Source of the DNA: Rhizaria sp. SCN 62-66
Taxonomy: Eukaryota
DNA length: 44,911 nt
NCBI GenBank assembly: GCA_001724265.1
Contig: MEDY01000050.1
Location: forward strand, 62,001-106,911
Reading direction: 5' to 3'
The translations under genes were made by a program, and so were the position numbers. Below the pieces are notes generated by a model. That model made no database searches. It saw only the letters and a program-made list of their open reading frames with translations, and was not told the origin of the DNA. Numbering within the stretch: the stretch's first letter is position 1; each line of letters starts with the position of its first letter. Of this stretch, positions 34,001 to 43,838 are shown piece after piece.

Positions 34001-36044
34001 CTTGGCCTCGCTCGTCTCGCCTCTGGCTTCGGCGTCTGCGCTCGCGCCGCTGCGCAGCGGCTCCGTGCGCCCCGGGTCCTTCACGCTCCCCGCCTCTTTA
34101 CTATCAAACCCCAACAATACATCGGTCTCCGCGCCGCCGCGCCGCCGCGTCGCCGCCGCGCTGGCCTCGGCCCCGCGGTTGCAGCGCGACGCCGCGCTTG
34201 CCGCGGCTGCCGCCGTGACGGCGCTGGTCGAGGACGACCTCTACACCGCGTGCGCTGCCGCCGCGGCCGACGACGACGCCGCGCTGACCAGGGCCGCGGC
34301 CACGCTGGCTGCCGCGCCTGACTACGCGCTGCTGGGGCTGCCGCCGGGCGGCTTGACTGTGGCGCTGCAGCGGCAACAGCGGATTAGCGAGAAGCAGAAA
34401 CAGCTTAAGAAGGAGCAACAACAGCAACAGCAACAGCAACAACAGGAGCAGGCTGGCGACTTATCTTCAAGTGACCGCGCTAGCGGCTCGCATTCTGACG
34501 TTGAGTCATCGCCATCTCCGTTCGGGTTGACCTACGACGGCCGTGGCGGCTTGACTTTCGGCGGCGGCGTGACGGTGACCGGGCGCATGCTGGCCACGGC
34601 CTCGCTGGCCGACGTACTGTCGCTGCCACTGCCGCGCGCGGCGATGCCGCTCGTGCTCACGGTCACTCCGCCGTTGCCGGCGGCGCCGACGCCGGCGCTG
34701 TTCGCCGCGGCGACGAATCTCCCTTCGATTGCGACTACGAGCTCGACTGCGGCCAGGCCCGGCTCCGGCGCGCTCACCCACTCCGGCTCTGGCTCTGGCT
34801 CCGGCTTTGGCGCCGGCGCCGGCGCCGAGTTTGTGGGTGTAAGTCTGAGCGACGCGGACGCAGAGGCTGAGGCCGTGCTAACTGCCGTTCTCGCTGCCGC
34901 CGACGCCGCGGCCGGAGGTAGTGCGAACTTCTCCAACATATTCAACAACAATAACAACAACAACAGCATCAGCAGTGCCGATATCATTAGCTCGGGCTAC
35001 AGCGGTGTGGACGCGAACTCAGTCACGGCTGCATTGCTCGCGGTGCCGGTCCCCGGTCTGCCGCTGGCCCCGCAGTCGCTGCTTTCACTCTCTCACTCTC
35101 TGTCACAGGCGCAGTCTCATGCGCAGTCAAAATCGCAGGCCCAGCAGCCTCAGCCACATGCACATTGCCAGCGGTGCTGCCCCGCGCCCGCGTCTCTGCC
35201 GTTTTTCCCCGGCTCCAGCCGCGGTGACCGTGCCGCTTCTAACAGCACTCGCGGCCGCAACGACGCCGGTGCGACCGGTGGCGGTGGCTACAAGGCGCGC
35301 ATGGCGCGCGCACGGGCTGTCGCCAAAGCGCTTGCAAGGACCACCGCCAACGCAGCTGCCGGCAGCAACAGCAACGACGACGACAACGACGACGAAGGCA
35401 AGGACAACGACGACGGCGACGACTTCGCCGACGAAGACGAGGACGAGGACGACGACACCTGGGTGACCGCGGGCGCCACCGCCCTCACACTGTCTCTCAC
35501 GCCGGCGTCCCTGTCGCCGCAAATCTCGCTGCCCGAGTCCGGCTCCGTGACCGGCAGCGACGCCGTGAAGTCGCTCGCAGCCGCCGCTGGCGCTGCGGCG
35601 GCGGTCGACGCGTCTGCCATCGCGGGCTCGCCTGCCCACGGCCACTTGCTCACGCTGCCCAGCACCGCCGCCGGCCGCGGCCACGGAAGCAGCAGCCGCG
35701 GCCGCAGCCGCAGCCGCAGCCGTTCCCGCTCCCGCGAGCTTCCACAGCAGCAGAAGCGGCAGGCCGCTGCCAGTGCGGGCGACGCGCACTGCCCCGGCTG
35801 CGCCGCTCTGGCCGGCGAACCCGCCGCCGTGGCCGCCGCGGCCGCAGTCGCTCCCCCGTTCGCGGCGGCCGCGGCGGCGCTGCTGCGGCTGCTGTTGGTC
35901 GACACGGCGGTCTCGGCGGCGACGGACGTGTCCGCAGTTGTCCCCTCGCCGGTCACGTCGCCGGCCAAGAACAGCGCGACCAGCAGCAAGAGCAACACTT
36001 CCTCGCAGCAATCACAGTTGACAGACCCTTCGCAGCCGCAGCAA

Positions 36045-36086
<42 letters not shown>

Positions 36087-39000
36087 CGGCAGCAGCAGCG
36101 GCGGCTCCTCACCGCTGCCGGCTGCGTTGGCGCCGGCAAGGGCCTGCCACTGCGCGCTCTCCTCGTCGTTTCGGACGTCGTCGCACTGCTCAAGCTCGAC
36201 GTAGAGACGCGGCTTAACTTCTGGCGCGGCCAGAAAGCGATGCTGGAAGAGGAGGAGGCTGAGGCCGAGGCCGAGGCTGAGGCCGCCGCTGCCGAGGCTG
36301 CCGAGGCCGATGAGGCTGAGGCTCGGGTAAAGGCAAAGAGCGAGAATGTAAGTGGCTCTGGCTCTGGTGTAAGCGCCATGGCGAGGGCTATGATGGCCGC
36401 TCTGCCCACAGTCACTCCGACAAACACTGCTGCGAAGTCAAAGTCTGCTGTCGCTGCCGCCGCTGTGGAGCTTGATCCCGAGGCCAAGGCGGAGGCAGAG
36501 GCCGAGGCCGCTGCCGCCGCGGCCGCGGCCGCCGCGCGCCGTCGCCTGACCAACGCTTACGGAGGCCAGCCATTGCCGACGACCGAGGCCGACGCCGCCG
36601 CCGGTGTAGGTGGCGGTGTAAGCGGTGGCAAGAAGGGCCGTGTGAGCGGGATTGACCGTGAGCTGCAGCCTTTACGCTTAAGCAACTCGGCTTCTAACAA
36701 CAGTAGCAGCAGCAGCAGCCCCTGTGCGGCTGATGCCAGTGTCAAGTATGAGAGGCCGCTGCCGTCGACCATCGAGAGCGATAACGATGACGACGACAGC
36801 AATGCAAACGCCAACAACAACACAGCTGGTGGCGCCGCGAGCAAGGATGATATGAACAGTGACACTGAGCCGGACCTCGCCCCCAACAGCAGCAATAATA
36901 CCGCCCACACCACTCAGGTTGCTCGCGACTCAACTCCTAGCTCTAGCTCTACGACCGCTGACTCAACATCTCCCGACGGCGCCGCAACTGCATCTACTCC
37001 CAGTGATCAGGTCACTGCTGCTGCTGCGCTTGACGCGAGTGACGACGCGTTTGCGTCCGCGGCCCCGTCCCCCGTGCCCGGCGTCGACTGCGTGCTTATG
37101 TCGGCCGCGCCGCTCGCACTGACCGCGGACGAAGTCATTCCGCTGCTCTCGCTCACGGTCATCCGCGCACTCTGCCCCGCCACGGCCTGCCCGCGCGCGC
37201 TGCCGTTGCCGCCGCGCGCGCTGCTGCCGTTCGCCACTGCTGCCGCACACAGCACCAGCGCGGGCAACAACATTAACAACACGGTTAACAGCGACCACAG
37301 CATCAACGTCGAGGCGGCTTCTGCGAATGCCGGAGCTGCCGCGTCTCCCCAGTATGCGAAGACGCAGCGCGCGCCGGTACAGGGCCCCTCGCTCGCGTCT
37401 TTGCCGGCGCTGGTGCTGCTGTGCTCCCTCTTCTCGCCGCCCGTCGGCCCCGCGCTGGCGCCCGCCCGCTGCGGCGCGCTCCCCGTCGCCGTCGCGCACA
37501 GCGACGCCGCGGTGCGGTTGCTCTGCACCATCTCGCTCCCGCCGCCGCCCTCGCTGCTCGACGACGCCAACGCCAACGCTAATGCAAACGCTGTTTCTAG
37601 CGCGCGGGGCAAGAGCTCCCACGGCCAAAGCGGTCGGAGTAAGCGTGCGGCGAGCGGCGGCGCGATCCGCAGCAGTGACGTCGCGATCGATATCCTCGCT
37701 AATGCAGGCGAGAGCGAGCGCGGCGGGCACAGCAGCGCGCAGCAGACCTCCGCCGTCGCCGCGGCTGCAATGGCGCTGCTGCTGTCTGACTCGACGCCGA
37801 GCGCGAGACTCGCTCTAAGTACCCCCTTAGACCACGGAGACAGCTCGGCGCTTCAAGATGCAACAAACGCAACCACCGCCGTTGTTGCGACGCCCAAGTC
37901 TACTGCGACTGCAACTGCAACTACCCCTTCTCTCACAGTGGCCGTGGGCACATCATCATCATCGTCATCTCCAGCGACCGTGGGCTCCCCCACCGCGACC
38001 GCGGCAGTGACCGTGAGCACCCCGACGGTGACCGTTGCCCTGGGCACCCCCGTGGCGGCGACCACCGCGGCCGCCGTCCCGGTCCCGGGCGCCGTGGCCA
38101 CGGTGGTGGTGCCGGGCCCCACGTTGCTGCCGCGCCGCCGCAGGGCCGTCGACGCGCTTTTCACCGCACCTTCGCCAGTTGCTGCCGTGAAACCTGTTCA
38201 AACGGAGGCGGAGAGCTCGTCTGTCACTGCGGCCGCGTCTGCGTTTGTGGCTGACAACGACTCCAGTATCAGCAAGAGCAGGAGTGCGGACGCCGCGAGT
38301 ATTGCGGACTCGGCGGTTCTCATTGCAGACTCGTCGCTCGTCGCTAAGGACTCCGTCCCTGATGCTGATGCTGATCCTGTCGCTGTTGCTACCGCCGCGA
38401 CTTCCGACCCCGATTCATCACAGAAGACTGCAGACTCATCGCTTCAGACTGCGGACTCATCACGTCAGAGTGCAGACCCAGCACTCTCTGTGGAGGACGC
38501 CCTCGCAGCGGCCTCCGCACAGTCCGCCTCAGCCGCGCAGGCTCTGGCCGCGAACGTCGCGGCGCAGGGCCGTGCCATGCGCAACAGGGGCACCCTCACC
38601 GCGCCCGCGCCCACGGTCACTTCGGCCGACGCTCTGCAGCAAGAGCAAAGCGATATCAACCGGCAACAGCAACAGCAGCAACAGCAACAGCAGAGTGGCG
38701 GTGTCGCTGACGGGGGCGCAGTGACCGTGAGCAGCAGCTCTGACGTCAACGGGACAACTGTGGGCTCAAGCGCGGCGACTGCGACCTCAGCAGCAGCAGG
38801 AACAGCAGCTGCAGGTGCGGCAGCGCCGGTGCCCGGCCAGGGCGTGCACGGCGACGGCGTCGACTTGCGCACCCAGGGCAACACCGTCACAGCGACCGCC
38901 ACCAGCAGCAGTGATGTTAAAAGTCGCAGCAACAGTGGTAGCGCAGACGCCGGTGCTGCCGCAGAGGCCGACACCGATGCGACCGCGACGGCCGCAGTCG

Positions 39001-39230
39001 GCGTCGCCATCCCTGCCGTCGTTGACCGCGGCGCCCCCAGTGAGCCCGCGGCCGGTGACGCGAGCGCCCCGGTGGCCGGGGGCCCGCGCGGGTCGGTCGT
39101 CGGCGTCGTCGCCCGCGCCCCCCGCGTCTCGGTCACGGCAGAGACGGACCCGCTGCTTGCCGCGTTCGGACTCATGCGCGTCCCCAGCACCGGCGCGGGC
39201 ACGCCCGTCGCGCCGCCGCCGCCGCAGTAA
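30420..39230 (+). CDS. VARP/ANKRD27-like VPS9-domain Rab GEF, greatly expanded, 2,936 aa, apparently intronless
   Basis: N-terminal blocks DEEALSSNPFFSFLQ / VICVP / EFAAAHVLVP / FVTPQNNFVFI / EVTCYDDNFRACRVVTVDRPL follow the order of the VARP N-terminal domain. VPS9-like blocks PLRALLVVSDVV / LTADEVIPLLSLTVIRA / LASLPALVLLCSLF / GALPVAVAHSDAAVRLL. No ankyrin repeats seen. Confidence 0.72.
31008..31064 (+). repeat. Perfect coding microsatellite (AGC)19 encoding poly-Ser
   Basis: 19 uninterrupted AGC followed by AGT (Ser20). Confidence 0.95.
36045..36086 (+). repeat. Perfect coding hexanucleotide repeat (GAGCAG)7 encoding (EQ)7
   Basis: Read directly. Confidence 0.92.
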
Positions 39231-39647
39231 AGATATGGTTGTACAGTATATATTTTGTAGTATATAAGTTATGGCTTGATTGTCAGTGTATTATGATGGT
39301 TATCAAGTTGTTTTATGTCAAGATGCTCACATTCGCTCTCCACAATGGTCGCCGCGACTGCGAGTGGTGGGCGAGTGGGGGTTTGGAAAACTTTCAGAAT
39401 AGAAACACATTCATCGTTGATTACATAATTTCACATCCAAATAGCTATTTGATTGTGTGGTATTATTATTTCTTTTATTGTATTTAATGAAACGACGATC
39501 TCACTTCCCTGCGGCCTTTTTTAGAGCGCCTAGTCGCACTCTCTCACATCGACTAAACCTCTTGCATTCTTTCACTTCCGATCTCACGATACTCTTTCTG
39601 TTTTGCCCTTAACACTTCTCGATTACAATTTTCACGCTATTCAGTTT

Positions 39648-41213
39648 ATGTTTCGCCACAATCGAAACACCCGCGGAGGCGGTGGTGGCGGTGGCGGCGG
39701 TTTCGGCGGGGGTGGTGGTGGTAGTGGTGGCGGCAACAATCGCAACCAGCCCCAGCAGAACCAGAACCAGAATAACCCCTTCAACCGCGGCAACAACTTC
39801 CCGCAAAGCAACAACAACAACAACGCATTTGGTGGCGGTGGTCAGCAGCAGCAACAGCAGCGCGGCGGCCCCTTCAGCATGAACAACCAGAACCAGAACA
39901 ACAGCCGCGATGCTTTTGGCGGCGGCGGCGGCAACGCTTTTGGCGGTGGCGGCCGCGCGCCTCAGCAGCAGCAAGGCGGCGGCACCGGCTGGGGCGCCAA
40001 CGCCTTCCAGCAGCCCAAGCAACAGCAACAACAGCAGAACGCCTGGAGCGGCGGCGGCGGCGGCGGTTTTGGCAACAATAACACCAACCAGCGCCAACAG
40101 CAGCAAGGTGGTGCTCAGAAGGCCCCCTGCCACTTTTACACCTCGCCACAGGGCTGCAGCAAGGGCAACGCGTGTCCGTACGCGCACGTCGGCGCCCCCG
40201 GTGGCGGTAGCGGCGGCGGCGGGCGCAATCAACAGCAGCAGCACCCGTTCGGAGGCGGCGGCGGCTTTGGTCAACCGCAGCAGCAGCAGCAGCAGGGCCA
40301 GCAGCAGGGACAGGGCGGTAAGAAGCCGTGCAAGTTCTTCCAGTCCCCGCAGGGCTGCTCCCGCGGCAACGCGTGTCACTTCGCACACGTTCCCGCGAAC
40401 ACCACCAACAACAGCAACAACCGTCAGCAGCAGCAGCAGCAGTCTGCGTTCGGCGCCTTCGGCCAGAGCACCGGCGGCGGCGGCGGCGGCGCCGGCAGTG
40501 CATTTGGCGGCCAATCCGCGTTTGGCCAGCCCAGTCACCCTTTCGGCGGCCAACAGCAACTACAACAGCAGTCGGCGTTTGGAGGCGGCGGCGGTGGCGG
40601 CGGCTTTGGCCAGTCTGCCTTCGGCGGCGGCGGGAACAACGCCTTCGGCGGCGGCGGTACGGCGATGGGCATGGGCGGTGGCGGCGGCAACGCGTTTGGC
40701 GCGCAATCGCCCAACAGCGCATTCGGCTTCAACAACAGCAACAACGGCGGCGGCTTTGGCGGCGGCTTTGGCGGCGGCGGTGGCCAGGGCACGTTTGGCG
40801 GCGGCGGCGCTAACGCCTTTGGTGGTGGCGGCGGCTTCGGTGGGGGCGGCTTCGGCGGCGGCGGCGGCGGCTTCGGCGGCAATCGCGGCTTCGGCGGCGG
40901 CTCTCAGGAGCCGGCCCTGGCCATGGGCGCGGGCTCCGTCGCCCAGGACGGCACCTTTTCCCTCGCCGTGGACCAGCAGGAGGACGCCGCCCTGGCCGCC
41001 GCGCTTGCCGTGCGCTACGCCGCGCCCGCGCCCGCCGCGGCCGTAGTACCGGCCACTGCCGCGGCGGCGGCGGCGCGCGAACAGGCGCTGGACAAAGCGC
41101 GCCAGGGGCTGCCGTGGGCGTTGGAGCACGACGTTGCGACTGAGGTGTTCAACGCAGCCGAGTTTGAGGTCGGGATCGTGCCCGAGATGGTGCCCGCGGC
41201 GGATATGCGGTGA
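39648..41213 (+). CDS. NUP42: Nup42/NUPL2(CG1)/Amo1-like FG nucleoporin with two CCCH zinc fingers, 521 aa
   Basis: Two C-x8-C-x5-C-x3-H fingers (CHFYTSPQGCSKGNACPYAH, CKFFQSPQGCSRGNACHFAH). Many SAFG/NAFG/GFG repeats. The C-terminal FNAAEFEVGIVPEMVP resembles the Gle1-binding motif of Nup42/NUPL2. Confidence 0.82.
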   Translation: MFRHNRNTRGGGGGGGGGFGGGGGGSGGGNNRNQPQQNQNQNNPFNRGNNFPQSNNNNNAFGGGGQQQQQQRGGPFSMNNQNQNNSRDAFGGGGGNAFGGGGRAPQQQQGGGTGWGANAFQQPKQQQQQQNAWSGGGGGGFGNNNTNQRQQQQGGAQKAPCHFYTSPQGCSKGNACPYAHVGAPGGGSGGGGRNQQQQHPFGGGGGFGQPQQQQQQGQQQGQGGKKPCKFFQSPQGCSRGNACHFAHVPANTTNNSNNRQQQQQQSAFGAFGQSTGGGGGGAGSAFGGQSAFGQPSHPFGGQQQLQQQSAFGGGGGGGGFGQSAFGGGGNNAFGGGGTAMGMGGGGGNAFGAQSPNSAFGFNNSNNGGGFGGGFGGGGGQGTFGGGGANAFGGGGGFGGGGFGGGGGGFGGNRGFGGGSQEPALAMGAGSVAQDGTFSLAVDQQEDAALAAALAVRYAAPAPAAAVVPATAAAAAAREQALDKARQGLPWALEHDVATEVFNAAEFEVGIVPEMVPAADMR

Positions 41214-41805
41214 GGGAACTGTCTGCGGTTGCAGTCGAGCAGTGAGCGCGTCGGCAGTATAGCAACATAATGAATAGCTTTATTGAGGTAGCCTGAATCA
41301 GGCCAGATGGTTATACAGTTGAAAATTAAAATCGCGATTAACTAATACAACATACGAATTTTCTGTGACAGCTATGACTATAACAGCATGCTAAGCTTGT
41401 AGATAAAGCTCGAAGTACCACTCGAGAAACGTCAGCGCCTCGATTAGACGACGATTCTCGAGGAGCATTAGACGCGATAGAGATATAATATGCGTGAAAG
41501 ATAGAAAGCACGGCATGATCGCAATAAATGTCGACTTTAGCAACATGAAAGTCACATATGGCGCCTTCATGTCACATCAGTATCACCACCACAGGACTGT
41601 ACACTCGATTTGGGTGAGTCATCGAAAAAGAAAGTGTGAAGCTCTCGAGTTTCTGATCGTCAAACTGCCAAATGAAGTGATAATGATATTAAACTTAGCG
41701 GTTCTTGCACTTTCATAAAATTAAAAATGAAGTGAAGCTCATTGTCTCTCTGTGTACCAACTTCTTATCCAAACCGTTTTGCTTTCGTCTCTGCCACAGC
41801 TCGAC

Positions 41806-43838
41806 ATGCCTCTTCGGGGCAGTCTGCTCAGCAGTAGGAATGCTGTGCCATATACGAACCCCGCGCCCCGCAGTGGCGGCGCGCGTCGCATGCTATCGTT
41901 GCTTGCATGCGCGCTTGCCATCTCGTCTTCGCTTGCAGTCGCCCCCGTCACCGCTGAGACTGCGGTCTATGACAGTACGTCTTACATTCTCTTTTTTAGC
42001 AGGATATCTCAATTATTTGAACCCTTATAGCATTTTCCCTTTTTTATTACTGCATAAACTCAGATTTCATACACTGTTAAAATGTTATGTGTTGATTCTA
42101 TCAACTCTGCATTGAATCTGCTTTATTTCGTACAACCACGATCCTGCTGCTTACATTCATCTACTTTGTCTTACCCATCCTCTGTGTGTCTTCATTCGAC
42201 AACCTCACTCTCTGCAACACAGCTCCCGACGCTTTGCTTCTTGAGGAGACTGTCGATTCCGCGACCCTGGGTGAGGGCTATCAAAACACCGACGCTGCCG
42301 ACCACAACGACGACGCCCCAGCCCCCTTACTATTCGACGACCCCCCACAGCCGTCGGCCGAGTACGTCGCCGCCCTGGCCGCCGCCGAGGCCGAGGCCGC
42401 TGCGCGCGAGGCCGCCGCCGAGGCCGCACACGCTGCTGCCGTGGAAGCCGCTGCAGTGGTGCAGCGGGAGCGCGAGGCCCGCGAGGCCGCCGAGATGAAC
42501 GCAAAGATTAAGGTACGTGTACTACACACCACACAAAACAAAGAAAAGACGTTGCTAATCCTTGTCTTTGGGACTAAAACGTTGCATTATTATATTCGTT
42601 GTTCATGCCTAACACTTGGAAAAACATTCAGCTCACTATTCGACATTATGCCCATATATACCTCACATTTTCGTTGTTATGACACGCAGGAGACCCTGGC
42701 GCGCGTCCAGGCCGAGGCCGCTGCGGCCGCGGAGGCCGACCGCGCGCGCTTCCTCGCCGCACACGAGGCCCACGTTGCGGCGTCCGCGGCCGCCGCTGCG
42801 AACCCGGACCCGGAGACTGTGATCCGGCACCGCGCGCGCACAGCGGTGATGGCGCGGGCAGCCCAGTTGCGGCGCATTGAGCGCGAGAAGGAGCTCCGCA
42901 CGGCGCGCCTTGCCGCGAAGCAGTCCTTGACGAGCGTGCACGCCGTGCTGTCTGATGAGGAGGAGCTCGCCGTGCAACAGCAGGCGATGGACGAGTCGCT
43001 GCCCCATGCGATCGTGTCGTTGACCGCAGAGGACGAGGACAAGGCGCAAAAGGGCGCCGACAAGGCGGCGAAGCTGCTCGCCGAAGGTTTCGCCGATGGC
43101 GCCGAGGCGATGATCGCGTTCCTGGGCGGCGCGGACGTGCAGGAGCCCCTGACGCAGGCCGAGGAGGCCGAGGAGGCGAGCAAAATTAAGTGGCGCTCGA
43201 CACCCGTGACGGACGAAGAGAAGGCCGCCGTGGCCGAGGCCGAGCGCGTGCGGCGTGCGGCGGCGGCGCGCGGGGTTGGGCTGAGCGCGGCCGAGGCAGC
43301 GGAGCTGGCGGACAAGGAACAGACGATCCGCGAGTCGCGTGACCGCCAGCGGCGCATGGAGCGCATCGTCGCCGGCAAGCACAGTGAGGGGCGGCTCGAG
43401 CGCGCGGAGGCGCAGGCCGAGGCCAACCGCATGCTTGGGTTTATCGAGGCGATGAAGGCGCGTGTGAAGGAGCTGCGCGAGAAGGGCCGCGACCAGGCGC
43501 GGCAGATGCTCGAGACTGAGCGCAAGATGGCCGGGCTGTCGGAGGAGCAGAAGGAGGAGAACGAACGCAATTTGCGCGATGCCGCCGCCGCAGCCGCCGC
43601 TGCAAGTACTAGCGCTGATGATGCAGCGAAGAGCCAGAAGCAGCGTGACATCGAGGAGCAGCTTCGGCTGGCCGAGGAGCAGGCCCGGGCCGACCGGGAG
43701 CGCGAGGCCAAGGAAGAGGAGGAGCACCTTAAGTCGCTCGGCGGCCAGAAGCCCGCCACCACGCCCAGTGCGGCCGCTGCTGCCGCAGTCGCGGCGGGCG
43801 CTGTGGGAGCCAAGGCGCACGCTAAGGATGAGCTGTGA
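41806..43838 (+). CDS. Predicted ER-luminal Ala/Glu/Arg-rich helical protein with signal peptide and C-terminal KDEL; exons 41806-41974, 42223-42512, 42690-43838 (535 aa, or 507 aa from ATG 41890)
   Basis: MLSLLACALAISSSLAVAPVTA signal-like peptide from ATG 41890; frame-preserving GT-AG junctions; ends ...AHAKDEL-stop. Confidence 0.8.
41975..42222 (+). other. Spliceosomal intron, 248 nt, phase 1
   Basis: GACA|GTACGT ... AACACAG|CT. Confidence 0.82.
42513..42689 (+). other. Spliceosomal intron, 177 nt (3n, no in-frame stop)
   Basis: AAG|GTACGT ... CACGCAG|GAG. AT-rich island read through by the 550-aa ORF. Confidence 0.88.

Noticed and set aside
5200..42689. Introns as a family of introner-type mobile elements
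   Set aside because: Similar lengths (150-283 nt) but no shared internal sequence, terminal inverted repeats or consistent target-site duplications that I could see.
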